Below are positions 1 to 10,991 of a stretch of DNA of 64,000 bases, one piece after another. Position 1 is the first letter of the stretch; every line of letters starts with the position of its first letter. The DNA is from an uncultured Oscillospiraceae bacterium (GTDB taxonomy: Bacteria; Bacillota; Clostridia; Oscillospirales; Ruminococcaceae). The notes under the pieces are model-generated. The model did not search any database, had not been told where the DNA came from, and saw only the letters and a program-made list of their open reading frames with translations. The stretch covers positions 17,224-81,223 of the forward strand of contig CAYJIR010000003.1 in the NCBI GenBank assembly GCA_964370295.1. The letters run 5' to 3'. The position numbers were made by a program, and so were the translations under genes.

Positions 1-58
1 AAAACACCACTATCTTTTGTGTTTTTCAGTACTTTCTGCCATTTATTTCTCAAACCCC

Positions 59-86
59 TTGCAAAAAAAGTACAATACGATAAACT
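59..86 (+). promoter_or_regulatory. putative sigma-A type promoter upstream of prs
   Basis: TTGCAA (59-64), 16-nt spacer, TAAACT (81-86), about 100 nt upstream of the prs ATG. Confidence 0.3.
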
Positions 87-185
87 AAATATAAGCTAGA
101 TGTACTATTGCACGGCACCAGAAAGGTCTTTGCATGACGCAAGTCATCTCTATCCGAAACCCTTTGGTTTGAAAGGTGGTTATCT

Positions 186-1151
186 ATGAGCATTCACGGC
201 AAAGATATCAAGATTTTTTCGGGAAATTCCAACCAAGCATTGGCTCTTTCTGTAGCCGCCAGTTTAGGTTTAGCGCTTGGCAAAAGTGAAGTTTGCTTAT
301 TTTCCGATGGTGAAATTTCGGTTAATATCCATGAAACAGTTCGCGGAAGTGATGTTTTTGTTTTGCAAAGCACTTCCATCCCCACAAACCGGCACTTGAT
401 GGAGCTTCTCATTATGATAGATGCTTTTCGACGTGCTTCGGCCGGACTTATTACGGCAGTGTTGCCCTATTATGGCTACGCGCGGCAAGATCGAAAAAAC
501 AAAGCCCGAGACCCCATCACGGCAAAACTTGTGGCCGATCTCATCGTCACTGCGGGGGCCGACCGTGTTTTAACCATGGACCTGCACGCCGCACAAATCC
601 AAGGTTTTTTTAGTATTCCACTGGATCACCTTGTAGGTTTGCCCATATTAGCCCCTTACTTCGAACGCAAAATGGCTTTGGACGCAGCCTATCGAAACAA
701 CCTAGTGGTAATGAGCCCTGATCTTGGCAGTGTTGCACGTTGTCGACATTTTGCAGAACGTTTGGATGTGCCCTTGGCGATTGTAGACAAGCGTCGCCCT
801 CGCCCAAATGCTTGTGAAGTGATGAATGTAATTGGCGACATTGAAGGCAAAGATGTTTTGATAGTAGACGATATGATAGACACTGCCGGCACTTTAACGG
901 GTGCTGCCACAGAAGCAATGCAACGCGGCGCACACAGTGTGACCGCATGCGCCACACACGCCGTTTTGTCCGGCAAGGCTATAGAGCGTATCGAAAGCTC
1001 TCCTCTATCGGAAGTGGTGCTACTGGATACCATTTGCCTCCCCAAAGAAAAACACTGCAAAAAAATCCAAGTTTTAAGCTGTGCCCCTATGTTGGCTGAA
1101 GCAATTGCCCGTATCTATAGTGACAAACCGGTATCCACTTTGTTTCATTAA
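186..1151 (+). CDS. prs: ribose-phosphate pyrophosphokinase (PRPP synthetase)
   Basis: 321-aa ORF. N-terminal KIFSGNSNQALA, the YYGYARQDRK flexible loop and the DDMIDTAGT PRPP-binding loop are typical Prs signatures. GGTGG RBS precedes the ATG. Confidence 0.95.
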   Translation: MSIHGKDIKIFSGNSNQALALSVAASLGLALGKSEVCLFSDGEISVNIHETVRGSDVFVLQSTSIPTNRHLMELLIMIDAFRRASAGLITAVLPYYGYARQDRKNKARDPITAKLVADLIVTAGADRVLTMDLHAAQIQGFFSIPLDHLVGLPILAPYFERKMALDAAYRNNLVVMSPDLGSVARCRHFAERLDVPLAIVDKRRPRPNACEVMNVIGDIEGKDVLIVDDMIDTAGTLTGAATEAMQRGAHSVTACATHAVLSGKAIERIESSPLSEVVLLDTICLPKEKHCKKIQVLSCAPMLAEAIARIYSDKPVSTLFH

Positions 1152-1291
1152 AGAAAGTCACTATTTTCCGTTTTTCCTTTGCCTTTACTGTTCTCGTGTA
1201 TAACGACATTTCTTTTTGGATTTTGTTGGTATAAACCTCTTGATTTTTCACCCATCCACATCGATTAAAATGCTTATAAAAAAGGATACGC

Positions 1292-1915
1292 ATGTTTAAA
1301 AAATTTTACAAACAAAATACCATTGCACCCTCCTGGATAATCGCCGGTCTTGGCAACCCCGGAACAAAATATAGCAACACTCGCCACAACATTGGCTTTG
1401 ATGCTCTGGACTTTTTGGCCAACCGCTGGAATACCCCTATAAAACGCTCTAAGTTCACCGCCTTATATGGTCTGGCTACTGTGGAAGGCCAAAGTATTTT
1501 GCTTTTAAAACCACAAACTTTTATGAACTTATCCGGTGAAAGCTTGCAAAAAGCCGGGGCATTTTATAATATTCCCTCTACACGGATGTTGGTTTTGTTT
1601 GACGACGTTTCCCTGGAACCGGGCAATTTACGCATTCGCATGTCCGGTTCAGCCGGTGGACACAACGGCCTAAAAAATATCATCCACTATTTGGGTGAAG
1701 ACTTTCCTCGCATCAAAATTGGCGTGGGTGCAAAACCACATGAGGATTATGCCCTAGCCGACTGGGTTCTTAGCCGTTTTGCACAAAGTGAAAGAAAATC
1801 AGTAGAAAGTCGCTTTGAAGACATTCAAAAGGCAGCAGAACTGCTGTTGCAGGAAAAAAACAGCGAAGCCATGAGTCTCTATAATGGCAACAAAACCGCC
1901 ACCCTAACAATTTAA
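1292..1915 (+). CDS. pth: peptidyl-tRNA hydrolase
   Basis: 207-aa ORF with GLGNPGTKYSNTRHNIGF and GHNGLKNI motifs characteristic of Pth. The prs-pth-mfd synteny is as in other Firmicutes. Confidence 0.95.
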   Translation: MFKKFYKQNTIAPSWIIAGLGNPGTKYSNTRHNIGFDALDFLANRWNTPIKRSKFTALYGLATVEGQSILLLKPQTFMNLSGESLQKAGAFYNIPSTRMLVLFDDVSLEPGNLRIRMSGSAGGHNGLKNIIHYLGEDFPRIKIGVGAKPHEDYALADWVLSRFAQSERKSVESRFEDIQKAAELLLQEKNSEAMSLYNGNKTATLTI

Positions 1916-1984
1916 CTAGCCCATTAAAGTGCGAAAAAGTTTTAACCATTGCTATCGGGACATCTCTTCAGAAAGGAACAAATT

Positions 1985-2608
1985 ATGAGAAACACACTAA
2001 AGTTTCGCTCTTTTCAAAAAGAAGATGCATCCGCACTGAGCGCCATTATCAACCGCACCTGGGAACTTGAGCGCTTTTCCTCCCCAAAAACGGCAACGCT
2101 TGCCTCAGAATTGTACTTATCGCTCTGCCTTAATGCGCAAACATACACCTGTGTGGCAGAAAAAGATGGCATGCCACTCGGCCTAATTGTGGTGCAGGAC
2201 AAACGGCACTTCCACTTGCGTTTACGCCAAAAGACAAGCCTATTTTTCAAAGGGATTGCGCTTCTTGGGCAAAAAGATTTCCGTGCGCTTTTAAAAATGC
2301 AACAAAGCACACTCTCTGCCGACAAAAAATTGTATCAAAATACAGGGCGTTCCTACGATGCAGAGCTTGTGTTTTTCGTTTTAAGCGAAAATAGCCGTGG
2401 CCTAGGCATTGGCAAGGCATTGTTCCAACGTGCTCTTGGCTATATGCAGCGAAGGCATATACGAAATTTTTATCTTTACACCGATAGTTTATGCAACTTC
2501 GGTTTCTATGATGCACAGAAAATGCGCCTGCACGGACATATAGAAAAACCCATGTTTCCTTATCGCAAACATCCCGTTTCATTCTTTTTATATGATATGG
2601 ATTTATAA
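1985..2608 (+). CDS. GNAT family N-acetyltransferase
   Basis: The ORF track starts at 1949, but AAAGGA lies 7 nt before the ATG at 1985. RGLGIGKALFQRAL matches the GNAT acetyl-CoA binding motif (R/Q-x-x-G-x-G/A). Confidence 0.7.
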   Translation: MRNTLKFRSFQKEDASALSAIINRTWELERFSSPKTATLASELYLSLCLNAQTYTCVAEKDGMPLGLIVVQDKRHFHLRLRQKTSLFFKGIALLGQKDFRALLKMQQSTLSADKKLYQNTGRSYDAELVFFVLSENSRGLGIGKALFQRALGYMQRRHIRNFYLYTDSLCNFGFYDAQKMRLHGHIEKPMFPYRKHPVSFFLYDMDL

Positions 2609-2665
2609 TCCCTTAATTACTGGCATCTATCGCCCAAGTTTACTAAACCACATGAGGTACCCACT

Positions 2666-5600
2666 ATGCTATCCTCCGCATTAAAAAATAGCGCAGAATA
2701 TCGTCGCATTTTACGAACAGCGCAAGCCGGATCCGCCACTTGTGCCATATTCGGTTTGCCCCATAGTGCAAGGGCGGCTGTGCTTTGTGCCCTTTGTAAT
2801 GAAAGCCAGCGCACAGCCCTCGTCGTTACGTCCGGCGAGGCCGAAGCTGTGCGTTTTGCTGCCGATGTGCAAGCCCTGGGCCGCACCAGCGCTGTCTATC
2901 CTGCACGTGATTTTGTGCTTCGCAATATTGAAGGACAGAGCCGTGAATATGAATATCGCCGCCTAGAAGTACTGGGTCGTCTTGTGAGCGGCCGGGTAGA
3001 AGTGGTGGTGGCTCCCATAGAAGCTTTGCTACAACACACCTTGCCGAAAGCGGAGTTTCTAGAGGCCACCTCCACCGTAAAACCGGGGATTATGATGCCC
3101 CAAAAAGAACTGATGCAAACCCTGCTACGCGCCGGTTATACACGCCGCGGGCAGGTGGAAGGACCCGGCCAATTTTCGCAGCGTGGTGACATTGTGGATT
3201 TTTATGCACCAGACATGGAAAACCCTGTTCGACTTACCTATTGGGGCGACGAAATTGAAAGTATTTTCACCTTCGATCCCCTAAGTCAACGCCGAGAGAA
3301 CTCCTTAGAAAAAGCCTACCTCTCTCCCACGCGTGAAATTCTATTTTTTGACGCCCCACACACGGTAGAATTTTTAACATCGTCGCTTTCCCGCATGAAG
3401 GGCAAAAAAAAGGAGCAACTTTCTGCCGTGATGCAGGCAGATTTGCGTGCACTTGCAGCCGGTGTAATCCCCGAAGGCATGGACAGATATCTTCGTTTGC
3501 GTTACCCAAAACCTGCCACTTTGTTGGATTACTTCGAGCATCCTATACTTTTTTTCGAAGAACCCAGCGCCATTCGAGAGGAAGCCGCAGGTGTTGCATT
3601 TCGCTTTTCAGAGGAATGGAAACACCTTTTAGAAGAACAAGTCCTTTCACCTTCTTTAGACGGTTTTTACACAGACTACATTCATATTCTACGTACCGCA
3701 TCCAGCGAAACCTCATTTTTTTGCGAGAATTTTTCGCGCAGTATGCCTGATGTTAAACTCACCGACACCATAAATCTGCCCGCACACAGCCTACCACCTT
3801 GGCGTGGAGAAGTAGCTGCTCTATGCGAAGAACTGCGCCCTTTACTAGACGAAGGCTATTTCTGCACGGTACTTACCGGAACACCACGCGCAGCCAAAAC
3901 GCTTGCGCGCGATTTAACAGACCGCAACTTGCGCGTAGTTTCTGCGGGAGAGGGCCAAAATCATCAAGGTGCGGTTGGTGCCGTATCTGTTTTGCCCGGC
4001 CGGCTTTCCGCAGGGGCAGATTTCCCCTCTGCACGTTTTGCATTGTTTACTTCACGCAGGGAAGACGAACCCAAGAAGAAGAAGAAACCGAAAAACAAAA
4101 ATGCCCTTGCCGCTCTTTCTGATATTTCTCCCGGCGATTATGTGGTTCACCAAGGACATGGCATTGGTCTCTATGTGGGCATACAACGTCTGGATTTACA
4201 GGGCGTTGTCAAAGACTATCTTAAAATAAGCTACGATAAATCGGATACTTTATATGTGCCTGTCACTCAGCTCGATTTGCTTTCTCGTTATACCCCACCC
4301 GGCGATGATGGTCGTGTGAAGCTAGCCCGGCTTGGCTCGGACGCCTGGACCAAAACCAAAAGCCGTGTTCGCAAAGCCACCGAAGAAATGGCAGAAGATC
4401 TTATAGAGTTGTATGCCAAACGTGGCAGTGCCCCTGGGCACGCCTTTGCGCCGGATGGCGAATGGCAACGAGACTTTGAGGCACGCTTCGCCTATGACGA
4501 AACGCAGGATCAACTAAACAGCGCGCGCGAAATTAAACGCGACATGGAAAAAGCCCATCCCATGGATCGCTTGCTTTCCGGTGATGTGGGCGTGGGCAAA
4601 ACAGAGGTTGCCTTACGTGCCGCTTTTAAATGTATAACCGACGGTTTTCAATGTGCCATTTTGGTTCCCACCACCATTTTAGCCTGGCAACATTACAACA
4701 CCTTATTGTCCCGCATGGAGTCATTTCCTATAAAAATAGGGTTTTTATCCCGCTTTGCCACACCCAAACAAACAAAAGAGACCATAAAAGGCCTTGCAAA
4801 CGGTAGCATAGATATTGTTGTGGGCACCCACCGTCTTTTACAAAAAGATATCCATTTCAAAAAGCTGGGTCTTTTGATTGTAGACGAGGAACAGCGTTTT
4901 GGTGTGCGCCACAAAGAAAAGCTTAAAGAAAGTTTTGTAAATGTAGACACACTGACATTATCGGCAACACCCATACCGCGCACGCTCAACATGGCGATGA
5001 GTGGCATCCGAGACATGAGCACCATAGAAGACCCTCCCACCGAGCGCCAACCCGTAGAAACCTATGTGATGGAGTATGAACAAAGCCTGATATATTCCGC
5101 CATAAAAAAAGAACTGGCACGCGGTGGGCAAGTATATTACTTGCACAACCGCGTAAACAGCATCGATAATTGCGCCGCGCGCCTAGCCGAGGCTCTGCCG
5201 GCTGCCAACATCGCCACCGCACACGGACGCATGGGCGAAGAGGCACTTTCGCGCACTTGGCAGGAATTATTAGACGGAGATATCGATATTTTGGTATGCA
5301 CCACACTCATTGAAACCGGTGTCGATGTGCGCAACTGCAACACACTCATCGTGGAAAATGCCGACCACATGGGGCTGGCACAATTGTATCAAATACGGGG
5401 ACGCGTAGGACGTAGCGGACGAAAGGCCTATGCATATTTCACCTTTAAACGAGACAAAGTTCTTACCGATGTAGCCGCAAAACGTCTGTCTGCCATACGC
5501 GAGTTCACGGCGTTTGGCTCGGGTTTTCGCATCGCCATGCGAGATTTACAAATCCGCGGTGCGGGCAATCTTTTGGGCCAAAGCCAAAGTGGCCATATGG

Positions 5601-6136
5601 AGGCCGTAGGCTATGACCTCTATGTGAAACTCCTAAACGAAGCCGTGGCACGAGCCAAGGGAGAAACCCCTGCACCGGATAAAGCCGATGTCCTCATTGA
5701 TATCACTGTGGATGCCTATATTCCCGAGGCATATATATCCGAGGCTGCCGGACGTATTGAGGCATACAAACTGATTGCCGCTATAGAAAATACAGAAGGG
5801 GCCCAAGATGTGTTGGCAGAACTCGGCGATCGTTACGGCAAGGTGCCCGACGCTGTACGCGGTTTAGTGGACATCAGCCTTTTACGAATCCTGGCTGCAA
5901 AACTTGGCTTCTATGATGTTATACAGCAAAAAGATTCTTTGCTGTTGTATAGTGACACCTTAGATTTTCCAAAGGCCTATCGGCAACTTAAATCCGCCGG
6001 AATCGGCGTTCTTGTCAACGCTTCCGCTAAACCCTACCTGTCTGCAAAACTAAAGCCGGGCGAGAAGCCGCTCGACCTTCTTTCTTCCATCATCCAAAAT
6101 TTAGATTTTTTGCAAGAAGACTCTAATACACTATAA
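2666..6136 (+). CDS. mfd: transcription-repair coupling factor
   Basis: 1156-aa ORF. It has a UvrB-homology N-terminus, a CarD-like region (GDYVVHQGHGIGLY), the superfamily-2 helicase motifs GDVGVGKTEVA and DEEQRFGV, and a TRG-like region. Confidence 0.95.
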   Translation: MLSSALKNSAEYRRILRTAQAGSATCAIFGLPHSARAAVLCALCNESQRTALVVTSGEAEAVRFAADVQALGRTSAVYPARDFVLRNIEGQSREYEYRRLEVLGRLVSGRVEVVVAPIEALLQHTLPKAEFLEATSTVKPGIMMPQKELMQTLLRAGYTRRGQVEGPGQFSQRGDIVDFYAPDMENPVRLTYWGDEIESIFTFDPLSQRRENSLEKAYLSPTREILFFDAPHTVEFLTSSLSRMKGKKKEQLSAVMQADLRALAAGVIPEGMDRYLRLRYPKPATLLDYFEHPILFFEEPSAIREEAAGVAFRFSEEWKHLLEEQVLSPSLDGFYTDYIHILRTASSETSFFCENFSRSMPDVKLTDTINLPAHSLPPWRGEVAALCEELRPLLDEGYFCTVLTGTPRAAKTLARDLTDRNLRVVSAGEGQNHQGAVGAVSVLPGRLSAGADFPSARFALFTSRREDEPKKKKKPKNKNALAALSDISPGDYVVHQGHGIGLYVGIQRLDLQGVVKDYLKISYDKSDTLYVPVTQLDLLSRYTPPGDDGRVKLARLGSDAWTKTKSRVRKATEEMAEDLIELYAKRGSAPGHAFAPDGEWQRDFEARFAYDETQDQLNSAREIKRDMEKAHPMDRLLSGDVGVGKTEVALRAAFKCITDGFQCAILVPTTILAWQHYNTLLSRMESFPIKIGFLSRFATPKQTKETIKGLANGSIDIVVGTHRLLQKDIHFKKLGLLIVDEEQRFGVRHKEKLKESFVNVDTLTLSATPIPRTLNMAMSGIRDMSTIEDPPTERQPVETYVMEYEQSLIYSAIKKELARGGQVYYLHNRVNSIDNCAARLAEALPAANIATAHGRMGEEALSRTWQELLDGDIDILVCTTLIETGVDVRNCNTLIVENADHMGLAQLYQIRGRVGRSGRKAYAYFTFKRDKVLTDVAAKRLSAIREFTAFGSGFRIAMRDLQIRGAGNLLGQSQSGHMEAVGYDLYVKLLNEAVARAKGETPAPDKADVLIDITVDAYIPEAYISEAAGRIEAYKLIAAIENTEGAQDVLAELGDRYGKVPDAVRGLVDISLLRILAAKLGFYDVIQQKDSLLLYSDTLDFPKAYRQLKSAGIGVLVNASAKPYLSAKLKPGEKPLDLLSSIIQNLDFLQEDSNTL

Positions 6137-6154
6137 ATCACTTTTTTATACCAC

Positions 6155-7552
6155 TTATATAAGGCCAAACGCATTCCAATGCTCGAATAAACTTGGCAAC
6201 ACCCAAAAACCGACGAAACCAACCAAAAATAAAGCATATCCGATGGCACGCAAGGAAAACCTATCGAAACAATATTTATCAGAAAATGTATCGGCCAAAC
6301 TATGTCTATGAAGCGGAAATTTAAAAATCAGATGGGCGAATACAGCTGCGGAAAAGGCCAAGGGGGCCATTTGGTTTACATTGGGAATTAAGGCAAGAAA
6401 AAAACTGATGGGGTTCCAAACCTCGGCATGTAGGGCAATGTTTTGCCCGCTGACAAACGTAAAAAGTCCTCCTGTAAAGAGGTGGGCACCCATTTGATAA
6501 GGAAACTGAAAAAAGCACGTGAGAAAAAAACCAAAACAAAGCACAAAGTCCAAATAAAGAAACACACGAACATTCTTTTGCATAAATGTGGTAATAACCA
6601 AGAATGGCACCAACAAAATAATCCATTGTGGGTGCCAATAAATGCTAAAAAACAAAAGACCATACACCAAAAGGGGCACATAAAAAGCAAGATATGGCCG
6701 CTGGATGTCTTTGGTGTAAAGATAGCAAGCAAAACACAAAATAGCATAGCAAAATAAGAAGAAGGAAACGGGCGCAAAACCACTGGCGAAGCCAAGCGAA
6801 AACAATCGTTCAAACATCATTTGTGTAAATGTATCGGCATTGCCTGTTCGCCCCAAATACAACAAAGAAGAAGGTATATATAGCCATAAACTCATCAGTG
6901 CATACTTAACAAGCGAAAGTATCCGTTTTTCCTGCAAAAGTAGCAAAGGAATCAGCGGTAAAAACGCAAAGAATTTAAATATCCCAGCCACACCCATCAA
7001 AAGGGTAAAGCGTGTATAATCGCCTTGTAAATAGTACAACAATGCCCACAGCATAAAAAACAGACATAGGCTGTCGTATTGCCCCATCACCATGGGAGAG
7101 AAAAAAGCAATTGGATTAAAAAGAAAAAACACGGCAGCTGCAAACGAAGTTTTCTTCGGCATGCAAAGGCACTTACAAAGCCTATATATCATATAGCCAC
7201 AACCAAAATAAAACCCTACGCACAAGGCTTTTGTCCAAAGCCAAAGCAGGGGCTCATAAACAGGCAAGGAAAACACTTGGTTAAAAAGAAAGATAGGTAG
7301 CTGCCACAAGGCAAACACAAAATATACCACAATATTATAATGTGCGTTGTTTGTGTAATAAAGTGGAAAGGGATGTCCTGCCACATAATGATAATAATTC
7401 AATATCTCGCCGTTCATCAAGCTTTCCCAAAGTAAATAACTATGGTTTGCCGTTTCCCAAAGGTCCGGGTGAGATGTAAAAAGAAAGGTAAGGCAAAACA
7501 CTCCCCCCCAAAGAACATACTCAACTTTCCGAGGATTTGTTTTGCTTTTCAT
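6155..7552 (-). CDS. polytopic integral membrane protein of unknown function (GT-C-like or polymerase-like topology)
   Basis: 465-aa ORF with AAGGAG RBS. It is very hydrophobic, rich in aromatic residues and predicted to have more than 10 helices. I recognise no catalytic motif. Confidence 0.6.
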   Translation of the reverse strand: MKSKTNPRKVEYVLWGGVFCLTFLFTSHPDLWETANHSYLLWESLMNGEILNYYHYVAGHPFPLYYTNNAHYNIVVYFVFALWQLPIFLFNQVFSLPVYEPLLWLWTKALCVGFYFGCGYMIYRLCKCLCMPKKTSFAAAVFFLFNPIAFFSPMVMGQYDSLCLFFMLWALLYYLQGDYTRFTLLMGVAGIFKFFAFLPLIPLLLLQEKRILSLVKYALMSLWLYIPSSLLYLGRTGNADTFTQMMFERLFSLGFASGFAPVSFFLFCYAILCFACYLYTKDIQRPYLAFYVPLLVYGLLFFSIYWHPQWIILLVPFLVITTFMQKNVRVFLYLDFVLCFGFFLTCFFQFPYQMGAHLFTGGLFTFVSGQNIALHAEVWNPISFFLALIPNVNQMAPLAFSAAVFAHLIFKFPLHRHSLADTFSDKYCFDRFSLRAIGYALFLVGFVGFWVLPSLFEHWNAFGLI

Positions 7553-7811
7553 GAAAATCTCCTTGCAGAAAAATGGCTGCCAAAAAAGTATCTGACACTA
7601 TTTAATATCCCTGAACAGCGATAGATCAATCGCTTTAAATTGTCGCGTATATTTCATCGCCAAAATGCCGTACACGTAGCCTTTAACATAGAATTACCAC
7701 AGTAAAAACCGGTAGCATTCACCCATAAGAACACGTGCTGCGGTATTTTTATCGCCCAATTCACAAGTAAGCATACTTGTGCATGTTCCATGAAAACTCT
7801 TGTTTTCATCT

Positions 7812-9266
7812 TTACATTTGCGAGGCCTCTGTAAGCAAACGTTGGCGCTCTTCCCATAACTTTGGGGAGAGGTCTACATAATAGCGGTGGGGAAACTCAA
7901 ATCGCTTTACTTCCTCCCACAGCGTATCCACCTGCTCTTGGCAGTGGCTACGGATACTTTCTAAAGATGGGCAAATATACACAAGTTTCCCGTTTCGATA
8001 AATGGGTGTGGATAGCAACTTCGCTGTACAATTATGGAAAGTTCGTCGTTTCCACGTTTCTAAAGGATCGAACAAAGTAAGGCCGTTTTCGGTTTGTACC
8101 TCTTCATTGTATAAGGTTACATAATCGGCCATGGCCTTGCCACTTTCATTGTCGTAAATTCTCCATAATTTCTTCAAATGTGGCGTAGTGATTTTTTCGG
8201 CGGTTTCACTCAATTTAATTTTTGGAATATACTGCCCTTTTTCCCGAATAGCCGCCAATTTATAAACCCCGCCAAAAACAGGATCGCTCTTAGAAGTGAT
8301 AAGATTTTCTCCAATACCGAAAAAGTCTACCTGTGCGTCTTGCAAAAGCAAATCCCGAACAAGATGCTCATCTAAAGAATTAGAGGCACAAATTGGGCAA
8401 TGGGAATACCCTGCCTCATCCAACAATTTTCGCGACCGTTTGCTTAGGTATGCAATATCCCCCGAATCAATACGAATGCCTCGGGGTTGCAAACCCCGTG
8501 GTTTCAGCACCTCATCAAACACACGTATGGCATTGGGAACTCCACTATGCAACACACTATACGTGTCCACCAGTAACAAACAATTCTCTGGGTACAACTC
8601 GGCATATTTGCGAAAAGCCTCATATTCGTTTTCAAACATTTGCACCCAACTATGCGCCATAGTACCCGAAGCCGGTATACCAAATTCACGGGCTGCCATC
8701 GCACAACTTGTGGCCGCACAACCACCAATATAGGCGGCCCGTGCACCGTATAGTGCAGCATCGTACCCCTGTGCGCGACGTGCACCAAACTCCAGCACTT
8801 TACGTCCCTGGCATGCACGCACCACCCGGTTTGACTTTGTGGCAATAAGGCTTTGGTGATTAAAGGTGAGCAACAACAACGTTTCGATGAGTTGCGCCTC
8901 TATGCAAGGCCCCTCCACGGTCACAATGGGCTCACCGGGGAAAATAGGTGTACCTTCCTCCACAGCCCAAATATTGCAATGAAACCGAAACCGCAACAAA
9001 TACATTAAGAATTCTTCGGAAAACTGCCCATGTGTGCGTAAATACTCTACATCATGTGTGGTGAAGCAAAAATGTTCCACCGCTTCAATAAATTGCGCAA
9101 GCCCTGCCATAATGGCAAAACCTCCACCGTCTGGTACTTTGCGAAAAAACATATCAAAAACCGAAATTTTTTCTTCATACTTTTCGTTAAAATAGCCCGC
9201 AGCCATGGTTAGTTCGTAAAGGTCGGTCATCATTGCAAGATTACGCGCTGGCATTGTATGACTCAT
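7812..9266 (-). CDS. pncB: nicotinate phosphoribosyltransferase
   Basis: 484-aa ORF. The N-terminal MTDLYELTMAAGYF and the GTMAHSWVQ motif are typical of NAPRTase. AAGGAG RBS. Confidence 0.9.
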   Translation of the reverse strand: MSHTMPARNLAMMTDLYELTMAAGYFNEKYEEKISVFDMFFRKVPDGGGFAIMAGLAQFIEAVEHFCFTTHDVEYLRTHGQFSEEFLMYLLRFRFHCNIWAVEEGTPIFPGEPIVTVEGPCIEAQLIETLLLLTFNHQSLIATKSNRVVRACQGRKVLEFGARRAQGYDAALYGARAAYIGGCAATSCAMAAREFGIPASGTMAHSWVQMFENEYEAFRKYAELYPENCLLLVDTYSVLHSGVPNAIRVFDEVLKPRGLQPRGIRIDSGDIAYLSKRSRKLLDEAGYSHCPICASNSLDEHLVRDLLLQDAQVDFFGIGENLITSKSDPVFGGVYKLAAIREKGQYIPKIKLSETAEKITTPHLKKLWRIYDNESGKAMADYVTLYNEEVQTENGLTLFDPLETWKRRTFHNCTAKLLSTPIYRNGKLVYICPSLESIRSHCQEQVDTLWEEVKRFEFPHRYYVDLSPKLWEERQRLLTEASQM

Positions 9267-9352
9267 GGGGCAGTGTCTCCTTTGTTATCGGTTAACTGAA
9301 AGCAACCAAATGTTTCCCTCTGCTAACCATTTAATAAACTACAAAACAACAA

Positions 9353-10840
9353 CTACTTTCGCTTCTTTTTTGAACGAAGGTACCCAGAAAATAGAGCCAG
9401 GCAAATGTACAGGACCACCGCCAAAAAGACAAGCCCTAAAATCATAAGAAAAAAAGTGGATTTAAAAAAATCTTGCACGTTACGAACGGCATATAAAAAG
9501 AAATCTCTATCGGCACCGCTTTGTGTTACTAGCTCAGAGGTGCCTATCACACCGGCCGGCTCTCCGTCCATAAGCAGCGATACCGTAACCGTCCCCATAG
9601 GAGTTCCCTCCTCTAAAGGCGCTTGTGCGAAATCTGGCACCGTGAACTGCAACTCTGTTTCGGTAACACAGCCACTTTCCTCGCTGGGCATAATGGTATA
9701 TAAATTGTTTAAAGGTATCAGCTTCACATTGTCGCTTTCTCGGTTATAGCGTAATGGAACCTCGGTGATGGGTTGGCTTGTATCTAACACCGGGCTTACC
9801 TCGAAGTTGGCAAAGGCCCAATCCAATAAAAGACCTGTTTCGTATAGGGCCGCACGTGTTTGCGCAGGCTGCAACTCGGCGCCCACTGCATCGGCTTCAT
9901 CCGGGCTTCCAAGCACCACACAAATATAGCGTGCCTCTTCGGTTTCAGACATCGTGGCCAGGTTTTGCCACGGGCCTAAGGTACCGGTTTTCCCGGCCTG
10001 CACCGCCCCTTGTGCCGCACCCAAAGCCGTATAATACGGGCTTGTTTCCACGATAAGCCTGTTAGAGTTGAAAATATTATATGGTTCTGAATGTGCCTCA
10101 TGGGCCGCCATTTCATACTGGCTTGTACCAGATATCTCCACGAGTTCAGGAAAGGTGCAAAACTCCCGCAAAATTAAGCTCATATCTCTTGCCGTGGTAA
10201 CATTTTGATCTGATAGGCCTGTTGGATCTACAAAAGTAGTGCCCGTACAACCCAATGCCTGGGCTCGGCTGTTCATCATAAAATAAAAATTTTCCACATA
10301 GCCGCCAGACACATAATCGGCTAAAATCAAGGCTGCTTCGTTTCCGCTGGGTAGAAGCAAAGCATAAAGGAGTTCGCGCACACTAAGAGTCTCCCCCCTG
10401 CGAATGTCTGCAAGAGAAGCATTGAGCCCATATAATTCATCAAAAATCCAGTCTTGGTCTGCTGTAACGGTTTCTTCATCTAGATTGGCCACATGCTCTA
10501 TGGTTATAATGGCTGTCATCAGCTTTACCAAACTGGCCGACACCATCGGTGTATCTGCATTTTTTTCGTAAACGGCAAGCCCCGTGTCTTCATTCACCAA
10601 AATAGCGGCCCCGGCGGCGAGTTCAAACGGCGGCAAATACAAGCCCTGTTCCTCACCACCCGGGCGCACATTTGGCAAAACAACTTCCACCTCGGCCGGC
10701 TCTACTACTTCACTGGTCGCAGAGCTGATTTCAGCCGACTGTGGTACCTCAGAAGCAAAAACAGTAATCGGAGCACCTAAAAAACAAAATGACAAAATAA
10801 AAACAACAACATTCAAACGGTGTTTTTTCAAAATCATCAA
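9353..10840 (-). CDS. serine-type D-Ala-D-Ala carboxypeptidase (PBP5/DacB-like) with C-terminal membrane anchor
   Basis: 495-aa ORF with a signal-like N-terminus, SLVKLMT (SxxK), SGN and KTG motifs, and a hydrophobic C-terminal helix followed by KKKRK. Confidence 0.85.
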   Translation of the reverse strand: MMILKKHRLNVVVFILSFCFLGAPITVFASEVPQSAEISSATSEVVEPAEVEVVLPNVRPGGEEQGLYLPPFELAAGAAILVNEDTGLAVYEKNADTPMVSASLVKLMTAIITIEHVANLDEETVTADQDWIFDELYGLNASLADIRRGETLSVRELLYALLLPSGNEAALILADYVSGGYVENFYFMMNSRAQALGCTGTTFVDPTGLSDQNVTTARDMSLILREFCTFPELVEISGTSQYEMAAHEAHSEPYNIFNSNRLIVETSPYYTALGAAQGAVQAGKTGTLGPWQNLATMSETEEARYICVVLGSPDEADAVGAELQPAQTRAALYETGLLLDWAFANFEVSPVLDTSQPITEVPLRYNRESDNVKLIPLNNLYTIMPSEESGCVTETELQFTVPDFAQAPLEEGTPMGTVTVSLLMDGEPAGVIGTSELVTQSGADRDFFLYAVRNVQDFFKSTFFLMILGLVFLAVVLYICLALFSGYLRSKKKRK

Positions 10841-10991
10841 ACAAAAAACCTCTTAAAAAACCAAGCATAGCCGGTTTTTATTTCATATTTTCAATTTCTA
10901 TGGCCATGCACATAGTAAAATATTATTTTTCTCTCCAACCACTACGCGCCCCTATATCACAAACAATTATATAATGCTTATCCTTCAATAT

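Noticed and set aside
9267-9352. NAD+-type riboswitch upstream of pncB
   Set aside because: The 86-nt gap can form a GGUUA...UAACC helix, but it lacks the nadA-motif conserved nucleotides that I recall. It is too short to also hold a promoter and an expression platform.
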